Below, piece by piece: positions 1 through 7,453 of a stretch of 37,829 nt of DNA; the stretch's first letter is position 1; each line of letters begins with the position of its first letter. The stretch is taken from IMG/VR virus record IMGVR_UViG_3300028145_000046, positions 1 through 37,829 of that record; one strand, written 5' to 3'. Made by a program: the position numbers and the translations under genes. Source of the stretch: a virus. Its lineage: Duplodnaviria; Caudoviricetes. The notes beneath the pieces were generated by a model, which saw only the letters and a program-made list of their open reading frames with translations, searched no databases and was not told where the DNA came from.

Positions 1-153
1 GCACTGGCGGCACTGGCGGCACGGGCGGCACGGGCGGCACGGGCGTCACTGGCGGCACTGGCGGCACTGGCGGCACGGGCGTCACTGGCGGCACGGGCGG
101 CACTGGCGTCACTGGCGGCACTGGCGGCACGGGCGTCACTGGCGTCACTGGGC
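1..153. repeat. 9-bp tandem repeat array (units gcactggcg / gcacgggcg / tcactggcg), 17 units, coding ASA/ARA/ASD on the minus strand
   Basis: Read directly; unit order A A B B B C A A B C B A C A B C C'. Confidence 0.97.
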
Positions 154-347
154 ATCATCGCCAACACGCCATCAACCATCGCTCGTAGGTGTTGGTCCTC
201 CCACCACGGGTATTTGAGCCGTTTGACCACTCGACTTACGCCAAGTGCGGCAAGGTAATCTCGGAGCGCCGCTTCCACAGCCGCCTCATCGATGACGCCG
301 GGAAAAGTACACGCCTTGGTATATTCCGCGAGTGTTCGCTTTGACAT
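1..347 (-). CDS. 5' part of DUF6745-like protein (MSKRTLAEYTKACTFPGVIDEAAVEAALRDYLAALG...MMPSDASDARAASA...), continuing across the contig junction to 37829-37057
   Basis: ATG at 347 with GGAG RBS; open frame runs into the repeat; missing from the ORF track because no stop is reached before the edge. Confidence 0.85.
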   Translation of the reverse strand, partial: MSKRTLAEYTKACTFPGVIDEAAVEAALRDYLAALGVSRVVKRLKYPWWEDQHLRAMVDGVLAMMPSDASDARAASAASDASAARAASDARAASAASAASDARAARAARAASAAS

Positions 348-402
348 TTTCGTCTCCGTGTTTTCCGCTTCAGAGGCGGGCCAGCGGAATGCTGACGTGG
401 AC

Positions 403-430
403 AGTGTAGCGACTTCGCGGGGCGGTGCAA
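403..430 (-). promoter_or_regulatory. Sigma70-like promoter TTGCAC-N16-TACACT for the DUF6745 operon
   Basis: Hexamers at 430-425 and 408-403, about 55 nt upstream of the ATG at 347. Confidence 0.55.
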
Positions 431-602
431 GCTAACCTTCCCCGAATCGACCCGCAACACCGCGGGAGTTCATCCTGGAGGGACCGGCGCGATTGGACTT
501 CACCTGAGTTACTAGGTGAGTCCGGAAACAGATTCTTTCTCGACTGACACGCCCGCCCTTGAATAACCGCGAGGACGGGCATTGATGCAGTAACAGCCCG
601 CG

Positions 603-830
603 TCACAAGCGACAGCCCATCGTCCTCTTGATGTTCAGCACCGCGCAGAACACCCAATATTCCCTGCACTTCCTGCACATCTGTCCGGGAGCGCACGAGT
701 GCCACGGCGCTGACTCCTTTACGATTTCGGACGGCAGCCTCCTCATCGTCTCGTCAATCAGCTTCTGTTGTGCTCTGTGATCAGCTTTGTTCTTGCCGCC
801 CAGCCAGCCCATGTACGCGACTGCGGCCAT
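603..830 (-). CDS. Small hypothetical protein, possible Zn-binding (H-x-C...CxxC)
   Basis: GGAAGGA RBS; follows the upstream gene; WHSC...CRKC motif. Confidence 0.6.
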   Translation of the reverse strand: MAAVAYMGWLGGKNKADHRAQQKLIDETMRRLPSEIVKESAPWHSCAPGQMCRKCREYWVFCAVLNIKRTMGCRL

Positions 831-846
831 CGTTCCTTCCCGGCGG

Positions 847-1233
847 CTAGGGCGTGATCCCTGACCCGCTCACCGCGTCCTCGCCGATGACCTCAATCGA
901 CCAGCCGCCGCCGTCCCGTGCCAGCCTCTTCTTCGCCAGCACGAACCGGAATGGGAACTTGTCGGCGGCGACCTTGATGCGAACGTGCGCGGCCCGCTCC
1001 ATCCATCCCTTGACCTCGTGAAACTCGAAAGTGCCGTCGGCGAGCATGACGCCAAAGTCGGGGGCGTAGAAGGCCCCTTCCGCGATCCGTAGCCGCATGG
1101 GTTCGTACTCAACCCACAGGACTTCACCAGCGAGCTTCCGCGTGTTGAGCATCGCCGCGTACTCACGCTCCTGCCCGTTCATCGACCCGCGCACGCAGCG
1201 GGTGCGGCCTTTGGCGAACGCTCCAAATCTCAT
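847..1233 (-). CDS. DUF1064-like PD-(D/E)xK nuclease (possible resolvase)
   Basis: FYAPDF...HEVKG motif; ATGA overlap with the methyltransferase stop. Confidence 0.8.
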   Translation of the reverse strand: MRFGAFAKGRTRCVRGSMNGQEREYAAMLNTRKLAGEVLWVEYEPMRLRIAEGAFYAPDFGVMLADGTFEFHEVKGWMERAAHVRIKVAADKFPFRFVLAKKRLARDGGGWSIEVIGEDAVSGSGITP

Positions 1234-2036
1234 GGTTTTGACCCCGCGAACAAGTGATTCGCCTCTTCCATGATCCGGCGTTTGGCCTGCTCGCAATACG
1301 CCTCGTCAATCTCAATTCCGACGAACTTGCGTCCCATGCGGGCGCACGCGATCCCCACCCAGCCATACCCGGCGAAGGGGTCGAATACAACGTCATCGGC
1401 CTTGCTGTGCAGGGCTATGAAGTGCGCCGCCAACTGCCACGGCTTCGGGGTTGGGTGGTCGTCGGCTTGCGGGATGATCTTGGCGATCCCATTTGTGTTG
1501 GGCCGAATGATGTTCTCGACCGCGTTGGTTTCGTCGAACCACCGGCACGCCGCGCCAGACTTCTGGGCGACCAGCACGGTTTCATATGACCGCCGGTAGT
1601 GCCACCCCATCCCCATCGGCCCCTTGTCCCACACCACCATTTGCTTGAAGTCCATCACCTCGTCAAGCCAGAGCGACCACCGCGCAAACTGGGGGTCTGG
1701 CCCGCCGCCGCCGCCGCAGCAGCAGCAGCAGCAGCCGGGCGACAGAACGCGGTCAATCTCGGGCAAGAGTTCACGGAATAGCTCATTCGCCTCCGCGCCG
1801 TCGTTGGCTATCGGACGCCCCAGCGGTGAATCCGCACCGCAGGGAAGGCGACCGAGGGCGGCTTCCCAGCGGTGAATCAGGTCGCCGTTGTTGTTGTTGT
1901 TGTGTCCGTAGGGCGGATCGGTCAGGCAAAGGTCGATCGAGCCCGCCTCAATCGTGGGCGCGACTTCCCGCGCATCCCCGCAATACAGTGTGTAGCGCCC
2001 GCAGTCGGAGCGCCAGTAGGGGGTGGGTACATTCAT
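1230..2036 (-). CDS. Orphan N6-adenine/N4-cytosine DNA methyltransferase (beta class)
   Basis: TDPPY catalytic motif, HPTPKP, DPFAGYG SAM-binding motif, GIEID. Confidence 0.93.
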   Translation of the reverse strand: MNVPTPYWRSDCGRYTLYCGDAREVAPTIEAGSIDLCLTDPPYGHNNNNNGDLIHRWEAALGRLPCGADSPLGRPIANDGAEANELFRELLPEIDRVLSPGCCCCCCGGGGGPDPQFARWSLWLDEVMDFKQMVVWDKGPMGMGWHYRRSYETVLVAQKSGAACRWFDETNAVENIIRPNTNGIAKIIPQADDHPTPKPWQLAAHFIALHSKADDVVFDPFAGYGWVGIACARMGRKFVGIEIDEAYCEQAKRRIMEEANHLFAGSKP

Positions 2037-2461
2037 TGATGCAAATCCCGTGCCATTCCCCTAGGTTCGTCCGTGAGCGACTCTGACGGCCTCGAGGTAC
2101 ATATTCCGCCCCCAGGGGCCTTCGCGTGGCCTGGCGACCCCGCCAACTCCCGCAAAATCCCCTCCGCCACCTTCAGCGCGTCCGCGTTCATATCCCGATG
2201 AATCGCCTGATACCGCTCCACCGCCGTCGAGTGGGCGTCCGAACCCATCGCCGACGCAATCTCCGGGAAGCTCGGGCGCTCGCACCCGTGGCCGCACCGT
2301 GAATGCCGCGCGACGTACACGATGACCATGCCCGCGTCTACGAGCCTTTGGTCCTTGCGGAAGTGCCGCCCGTGGCCGTTCAGGTCCGCGAGCGAGACAC
2401 CCAGCCGCACCTGGAGGCCGGTGACCGGTTCCCGAAGCCAGCTTGGGGCGGGGGCGATCAT
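2033..2461 (-). CDS. DnaA C-terminal (domain IV)-like HTH DNA-binding protein
   Basis: SFPEIASAMGSDAHSTAV resembles the DnaA domain IV SLPEIG..F.GRDHSTV signature; ATGA coupling at both ends. Confidence 0.7.
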   Translation of the reverse strand: MIAPAPSWLREPVTGLQVRLGVSLADLNGHGRHFRKDQRLVDAGMVIVYVARHSRCGHGCERPSFPEIASAMGSDAHSTAVERYQAIHRDMNADALKVAEGILRELAGSPGHAKAPGGGICTSRPSESLTDEPRGMARDLHQ

Positions 2462-2874
2462 GGTGTCCCCACAAAGTCCGGGTGCTTGGTCTTCATGTGC
2501 CGCTGAAGGTTGCCGAAGTTTCGTTGACAGCATGGGCACGATCCGGCGGCGGCGCGTTTCTTGAGTTTGCCAACCTTGTCGTTGGCTTTAGCCGCGACCT
2601 CTTCCGCTGCGATTCTTAGCGCCTCGGCCGCGTCACGCGCGGCCTTGGTCTGGTCGTGGCGGGCACGCTCTGCCGCGAGGGACTTCTCAAGTTCCTTCGC
2701 CCGCCCCGGCCCCGAGTGAATCCACGAATGCCCGAGTGGGCAGAAGATGCCACACTGCTCTTCCCCGTTATCGTGCTTCCGCTTCTGGAAATCGCGGAGA
2801 GTCTTGGGCACGCCATGCCACATGCCACACCAACACTGAACCTCAACAAGTTCTGTTGTGCAAAGTCCGATCAT
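2458..2874 (-). CDS. Zn-finger / coiled-coil phage protein with C-terminal C2H2 finger
   Basis: CWCG...FCPLGH, coiled coil, CPCC..F..LQRHMKTKH. Confidence 0.8.
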   Translation of the reverse strand: MIGLCTTELVEVQCWCGMWHGVPKTLRDFQKRKHDNGEEQCGIFCPLGHSWIHSGPGRAKELEKSLAAERARHDQTKAARDAAEALRIAAEEVAAKANDKVGKLKKRAAAGSCPCCQRNFGNLQRHMKTKHPDFVGTP

Positions 2875-3287
2875 GCTCCGAACTCCTTCTGCACCGGCGG
2901 CTTCTTGCGGTGCTGGGCGGCGTTCGGACAGGTTGCCCAGTGGCTCACATGGCCGGGCGATCCCTTGTCGCCCTGCCGCGCTACGCCGTCGTCTCCGATG
3001 ACCCAGTAGCGTCCCTCTGGATCTGGGGGCGTCGTCTCCGCCGCGTCGTAGATGCCGTTCGCGCCCTTCTCGGTCTTCGCCCAAATCACCGCAGCCCCAC
3101 AACTCTTGCACGTCGCCATGCCCGCTCCTTTCTCTCGCGCGGCCTGCATTAGCCGCGATTGCTCCTGTGCGCCCTGTCCATCAAAGCTGAACTTGCCCCA
3201 ACCATCACGCTCCTGGCCCCGGTGCGCGTCTGCGAAGTCGCGGCGGGCACGGTCGCGCTCGGCGTCGGTGAAGGTCTCACTGGTCAT
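2871..3287 (-). CDS. Zn-ribbon phage protein (CKSC...HWATC); internal RBS and ATG at 3119 may give a shorter product
   Basis: Start at 3287 overlaps the upstream stop; AAAGGAG precedes the ATG at 3119. Confidence 0.7.
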   Translation of the reverse strand: MTSETFTDAERDRARRDFADAHRGQERDGWGKFSFDGQGAQEQSRLMQAAREKGAGMATCKSCGAAVIWAKTEKGANGIYDAAETTPPDPEGRYWVIGDDGVARQGDKGSPGHVSHWATCPNAAQHRKKPPVQKEFGA

Positions 3288-3618
3288 CTGGGTTCCGGTC
3301 TCCATTTCGGTAGAAATCTTCCGCACAACATCCTTCTGTTTTGCGTCTAGCCTCCATCGTGATTCGCAGATCGGCAGGATTTACAGCAAGTTTCTGTCGT
3401 GGCCACGGAACGCAGCTCCCGTCCGACAGATAGACCTTCACATTCTCAGCGTCGATTGATCGCACGATTTTCGCCGCAAGAAGATCGGCTTTGTACGTCT
3501 CGGCCCACACATACTGCCCTCTCGTGGCGTGTGCGCTGTTGATTTTTATGAGTTCCGGCTCGGCCAGCGCCTCCCGCAGCTTCGAGGCCACGACGGTTTC
3601 GCACTTGCGGCGCTTCAC
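3277..3618 (-). CDS. Hypothetical protein
   Basis: Strong RBS AAGGAGGT before GTG. Confidence 0.7.
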   Translation of the reverse strand: MKRRKCETVVASKLREALAEPELIKINSAHATRGQYVWAETYKADLLAAKIVRSIDAENVKVYLSDGSCVPWPRQKLAVNPADLRITMEARRKTEGCCAEDFYRNGDRNPDDQ

Positions 3619-3710
3619 TTTACCTCCTTCGGTGTGTGTTCGGTGCCGTTGGCATAGGGAGTGGTGTGTGCTCGGTCCATGATCGGCTCTGTGTTTTCGG
3701 CGCGCTTCAT
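3615..3710 (-). CDS. 31-aa peptide MKRAENTEPIMDRAHTTPYANGTEHTPKEVK
   Basis: ATGA overlap upstream and GTGA overlap downstream; exactly fills the gap. Confidence 0.55.
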   Translation of the reverse strand: MKRAENTEPIMDRAHTTPYANGTEHTPKEVK

Positions 3711-3940
3711 GCCTTCAGCCTCACCATGAACGTCCCGTGCCACTCGTCGCCCGTGGGCGAGTAGTGCCCCTCGCCGTTCGTGAACCCGCCCCGGACCTCG
3801 GCCACGCCCTCGGCGGCGAGTCGGCGGGCTTCCATTGCCAGTCCGAGCCGTCCGTTCGGGTCACAGGCTTTGTGCCGGATCGTGTGAAGGCTTTGCCACT
3901 CTTTCGTCAGGTGCCGGAGGATGGCTGGTGTCGCGTTCAC
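3707..3940 (-). CDS. Hypothetical protein (possible winged helix)
   Basis: GTGA overlap, AAGGA RBS. Confidence 0.6.
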   Translation of the reverse strand: MNATPAILRHLTKEWQSLHTIRHKACDPNGRLGLAMEARRLAAEGVAEVRGGFTNGEGHYSPTGDEWHGTFMVRLKA

Positions 3941-4155
3941 TTGGTTCCTTTCGCGGCCTGTGCCAGCGCCGCCTCTCGCCTCATCGCCCGATCCATGACC
4001 CGCGCCGTCTCCAGCACTTTGCGGGCGTCGATGCTCAGCCCGAGCCACAGGTGGCTGTCACGGGAGGGGATTGTCAGCACGCTTTCGAGCGCTTCGAGGC
4101 CAGGGATCAGGGCGGCGTAGGCGGCGCGGATGGCGTTTTCGTGGTCTTTGGTCAT
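3937..4155 (-). CDS. Hypothetical helical protein
   Basis: ATGA coupling to neighbours. Confidence 0.6.
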   Translation of the reverse strand: MTKDHENAIRAAYAALIPGLEALESVLTIPSRDSHLWLGLSIDARKVLETARVMDRAMRREAALAQAAKGTK

Positions 4156-4334
4156 TGCTTCTTTCCCGCCCACTTCGCCCAGCCGCGGGCGGTCACGTAC
4201 TGCTTGCGGACGACGAGGTGGCTGAACTGCACCACGTCGCCCCGCACTCCGATCACCGTGCGGACCTCGCCGGCCTTTTCGACGCGGGTGCCGATGGCGG
4301 GGGGTGGGGGCTTAGGGAGGCGGGTGTAGCTCAT
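4152..4334 (-). CDS. Hypothetical protein
   Basis: ATGA coupling to the HNH gene. Confidence 0.6.
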   Translation of the reverse strand: MSYTRLPKPPPPAIGTRVEKAGEVRTVIGVRGDVVQFSHLVVRKQYVTARGWAKWAGKKQ

Positions 4335-4660
4335 GCGTGAGATCTGTTCGACTTGCGGAACTTTCGGCCGTGCGCAGTCTCGTGGCACTCCCGGCACAGA
4401 CCACGCAGATCATCAAGCGATTCGTTTCCAACCCGGTCGTAGGTGTCGTGGTGGACATCGACGCGGCACTCGGCGCCACAGCACTCGCACCGCCCGTCTG
4501 ATCTGGCGAGCACCGCGAACCTGTTGAGTTTCCATGCTGGCGAAGAAATGTAACGGCGATACGCCGCTCTCTTGACTTCAATCGGCGCGTCTTTCAGTCG
4601 TGCCAATACGACGCGCCACTGGTCAGGCGTTGCCCTCTCGAAGAACGCGGTCGAAATCAT
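4331..4660 (-). CDS. HNH endonuclease
   Basis: RCECCG...DVHH..Y...GNE..DDL..LCRECH...H. Confidence 0.9.
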   Translation of the reverse strand: MISTAFFERATPDQWRVVLARLKDAPIEVKRAAYRRYISSPAWKLNRFAVLARSDGRCECCGAECRVDVHHDTYDRVGNESLDDLRGLCRECHETAHGRKFRKSNRSHA

Positions 4661-5541
4661 GCTCTGCTCGCTTTCAGCGCTTCCGACAACCCGAATCCAT
4701 TGGCCCTAAACCACTTCCCATACTCAGCTTCGTCCTCACCGTTGCACGCCCACGCCTGGTCGATCCCAGCCTCGATCCAAGTCGCCGGGTTTCCTTTGCC
4801 ATCGCCGCGTTTGATCCGCTCCGAAAGCATGAACACCCGGACTGGGACGCAGCCGGGAGAATCGAGGAGCCTGCCAAGTTGCTTTCGGCTGATCTTGTCC
4901 CGCTCGACCCCTCCGCCTGCCCGCGGCCACCGGACGCTTTGCAGGATTCGCTCGCAGATGGCGCGGTCGCGGTGCTGGTGTGGGTGTGAGGTGTCAGCCC
5001 CTGGGGCGATTTTTAGCGGTGCGGGTGTGTGCCCATTGCGCAAGGGATCTCGCGCCTCACCTTCACCTCTGGGATTTAGAGGTGGATTCTCACCTCTCAC
5101 CTCTACCTCTCCACCTCTCACCTCTCTAACCGTTACTGTCCCGTTACTGTCCCGTGACTGTCCCACTGGGACATAGGTGGGACATTTCCCGCGTTGGCGG
5201 CGCTTCCTCTCCCTCTCGAAGTCCCTCTTACGACGGCACTTATCATTATGCTTCTTCCATCGGACGATCACAAGCCCACCCCTCACCTTCTTCAGCCACC
5301 CGCAAATGAGCAGCGTCTCACCAAAAAGCGCGCATGAAACGACGCGATTGACCACCAAAACGCTGACGCCGGGCAACGCTCCGGTGATGGTCCTTTTTCC
5401 GGCCCACAACCAGAACCGTCCGAGTTTGCCGACGATGCCGTCCACATCGACTCCCGTGGCCGCCGCAAGCCTGTGAACTACCTCATGCTGGTACAGGTCC
5501 TCGCGGATCGGAGTCCAGTCACCAGCGTTCTTGCCTGCCAT
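4657..5541 (-). CDS. Phage replication initiator (lambda O/DnaT-like architecture); alternative GTG start at 5565
   Basis: N-terminal IVGKLGRFWLWA helix, basic RKRDFERERKRRQR, linker with DNA iterons, PPLNP motif; lies downstream of the recombination genes. Confidence 0.75.
   Translation of the reverse strand: MAGKNAGDWTPIREDLYQHEVVHRLAAATGVDVDGIVGKLGRFWLWAGKRTITGALPGVSVLVVNRVVSCALFGETLLICGWLKKVRGGLVIVRWKKHNDKCRRKRDFERERKRRQRGKCPTYVPVGQSRDSNGTVTVREVRGGEVEVRGENPPLNPRGEGEARDPLRNGHTPAPLKIAPGADTSHPHQHRDRAICERILQSVRWPRAGGGVERDKISRKQLGRLLDSPGCVPVRVFMLSERIKRGDGKGNPATWIEAGIDQAWACNGEDEAEYGKWFRANGFGLSEALKASRA
5057..5184. repeat. Putative replication origin inside the initiator gene: three 11-bp direct repeats CGT(T/G)ACTGTCC, two inverted TGGGACA, and a CACCTCT-rich tract
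   Basis: Repeats at 5131-5141, 5142-5152, 5153-5163; TGGGACA at 5167 and 5178; several CACCTCT copies at 5064-5125. Confidence 0.7.
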
Positions 5542-5574
5542 CTGCCCAGCCTTCCCGCGGACCACGCCCCAAGG

Positions 5575-5682
5575 CGGAACCGCCCCTATGACGCACTTGG
5601 CTCCTGAGTGGAAGGTGCGCCGGTCGGGGACGATTCCGTGTCGGGACTAGATTGTGTCGTGGGGGTTCTCAGGAGCCACGAT
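5575..5682 (-). ncRNA. Structured cis-regulatory leader of the initiator gene: two hairpins with complementary loops
   Basis: Loop 1 CUCCUGAG and loop 2 CUCAGGAG(CCA); stems with G-U pairs on the minus strand. Confidence 0.55.
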
Positions 5683-5686
5683 GTCA

Positions 5687-5715
5687 GATCATCCCACAAC
5701 CAGCGGCCCCGTCAA
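5687..5715 (-). promoter_or_regulatory. Promoter TTGACG-N16-GATGAT with extended -10 TG, upstream of the structured leader
   Basis: Minus strand ttgacggggccgctggttgtgggatgat. Confidence 0.5.
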
Positions 5716-5793
5716 GTCGGTTCGGAACTGGGGAAAACCTGTTAGTCATCTGTGTAATGCGGCGCTGACAGTGGGGTGGCTGTCAACTGCGAC

Positions 5794-6483
5794 TCAGAAC
5801 ACTACCCCGCCCTCGGCCACGGTCATTTCCTCAGCCGCCGCCTCCGCCTCTGCTAGCGCCTCTAGCCGCGCCGCCCGCAACGGCGCCAGGGTCGCCTTGG
5901 CTTCGTCCAGGCGGGCCAGGAACTCAGGCACCACGGCGTCTAGAGCCTCCATGTACTCGCCGTCCCTGACCAGTCTAATGCGAACTGGCGGCAGCATCCC
6001 GTGAAACGAGTACAGATCGTCCCACTTCTTTCCGGTAATCCAAAGCTGAGACTGGGTTTGGCAGACGTAATCGCGGGCGAGCTGGCGGTCATCGAGCAGG
6101 TAGCCCATGTGAGCCTCAACGCCCGGGCACTTGATTTCGAGTAGGCCGTCCTCTCCTACCAGCCGGTCAGGGCTGCACCCGCACCGCCCATCGTCGGACA
6201 GGCAGAACCCGATCTTGACGGCTTCGGCGCCGGTGTCGAACTCGTAGCGAGCCACGGCGGATTCCTCAAGCTCTTTCCCGCGCTCGGCGTACTGCCCAAT
6301 CGACTCATCGAGCGATTGACCAAGGAACCACTCGGCGCACAGCCGGGCGATGTACCCATCCTGCGCCGTAGACGGCTGGAGTTTCTTCGGCTGGATGATG
6401 CGGTCGAATGATGATGCAGTCGGCAGGCCGATCCGTGCCGCGATCCACTCGGGCGATCCCTGAACCACGTCGATTATCTTCAC
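5794..6483 (-). CDS. YqaJ-like viral recombinase / lambda exonuclease family
   Basis: QGSPEWIAARIG..TAS, RGKELE, GCSPDRLV, LEIKCP, Y..Q.Q.QLWITG. Confidence 0.95.
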   Translation of the reverse strand: MKIIDVVQGSPEWIAARIGLPTASSFDRIIQPKKLQPSTAQDGYIARLCAEWFLGQSLDESIGQYAERGKELEESAVARYEFDTGAEAVKIGFCLSDDGRCGCSPDRLVGEDGLLEIKCPGVEAHMGYLLDDRQLARDYVCQTQSQLWITGKKWDDLYSFHGMLPPVRIRLVRDGEYMEALDAVVPEFLARLDEAKATLAPLRAARLEALAEAEAAAEEMTVAEGGVVF

Positions 6484-7265
6484 GCCCCACCCCCAGACTT
6501 CACCTTGCGGGCGTTGAGGGCGAAGATCGCGGTCGGGTACTGGTGGGTCGTGAGTTTCTTCACGCTGTCAACGCCGGGGAACATCCGCAGGAAGTGCGCC
6601 TCATCCATCTTCAACTCCGCCAAGAGAGACTGAATCGTCTCGACTTGGTTCTGGGTGATGTGACGCAGGCCAGTGACTTCCGCCCCGTCCGTGTCAGGGT
6701 CGCAGGTCGTCAGCCCCAGGGCGGCTACCAAGGTCTGCCGGCGGGCGAAGGTGAACGCCGCGGCGACCTTCTGTTGGGCGCTCATGCCTGCATTCGTTTC
6801 CGTCGTGACGGTCCAGCTCGCCTGCTGGTGGTGCCCGTCGATGTGGCTGATGATGCACGTCGTCTTGAGCTTCCCCGCCGCGTCCTCGGAGTCCCAGGTG
6901 TACGACAAACCCTCGGCGGCAAGGATCGGGTCCACGATGCGGACAATCTCTTGCAGGTCCGCATAGGAGTAGGAGTGGGAGTGGCCCCCGTCTTTCTTGA
7001 CGATGCTGGCGGTCTTGTTCTTGGCGATGGCCGGACACTTGGCCTTGAACCGCATCATGGCGGCGGCAAACTCTTTGGCCGCGTCGCGGTCCTCCATCCG
7101 CTCATAGAGGGCGTATAGCTTTTCCAGGGCCTCGGGTGCCGTCCCCGACTTGTGCGCGTCGTGGATTAGGTCGAGGATTGTCATCGTCCTTTCGGCGGGC
7201 ACGAACTCGTCCGGGACTTCCGCCCTCGCCAGCGGCGCGGGGTTGATTACGTTCGGGTCGGTCAT
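6480..7265 (-). CDS. erf: ERF-family ssDNA annealing protein
   Basis: YSYADL..I...V.PIL...GLS, Q..AAAFTFARRQTL.AALGL...D.DTDG. Confidence 0.9.
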   Translation of the reverse strand: MTDPNVINPAPLARAEVPDEFVPAERTMTILDLIHDAHKSGTAPEALEKLYALYERMEDRDAAKEFAAAMMRFKAKCPAIAKNKTASIVKKDGGHSHSYSYADLQEIVRIVDPILAAEGLSYTWDSEDAAGKLKTTCIISHIDGHHQQASWTVTTETNAGMSAQQKVAAAFTFARRQTLVAALGLTTCDPDTDGAEVTGLRHITQNQVETIQSLLAELKMDEAHFLRMFPGVDSVKKLTTHQYPTAIFALNARKVKSGGGA

Positions 7266-7453
7266 GGCTTCAACTCCCCTGCCTCTAACGCTCGCACAAG
7301 GATTTCGGCACGCGCGATGCGGACCTTGATCCGGTTGACTTGCTCAGCCGAACCACGCTCAATCTGGCGTATTTCCTCCCGCATGTTCTTGATGCGGGTG
7401 GAGTAGGACCGGAGCATCTTGGAGACTGGCGTGGTCGGTTGTCCCTTCGGCAT
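7262..7453 (-). CDS. Small coiled-coil hypothetical protein
   Basis: GAGGT RBS; ATGA overlap with erf. Confidence 0.7.
   Translation of the reverse strand: MPKGQPTTPVSKMLRSYSTRIKNMREEIRQIERGSAEQVNRIKVRIARAEILVRALEAGELKP

Noticed and set aside
1-153. CRISPR array or telomere-like terminal repeats
   Set aside because: Units are 9 bp with no spacers, no cas genes are present, and the array is in-frame coding sequence; the ends reflect an assembly break
370-705. 111-aa ORF
   Set aside because: Overlaps the better-supported 603..830 gene, a promoter and several hairpins; no clear RBS
1599-1875. Poly-Gln and poly-Ala plus-strand ORFs
   Set aside because: Antisense shadows of the methyltransferase Cys/Gly tract
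847-2036. Type II restriction-modification pair (MTase plus PD-(D/E)xK nuclease)
   Set aside because: The nuclease resembles small DUF1064-type phage nucleases common in replication/nin regions; adjacency alone is insufficient
4331-4660. Intron- or intein-associated homing element
   Set aside because: Free-standing ORF coupled by ATGA overlaps; no interrupted gene or splice motifs around it
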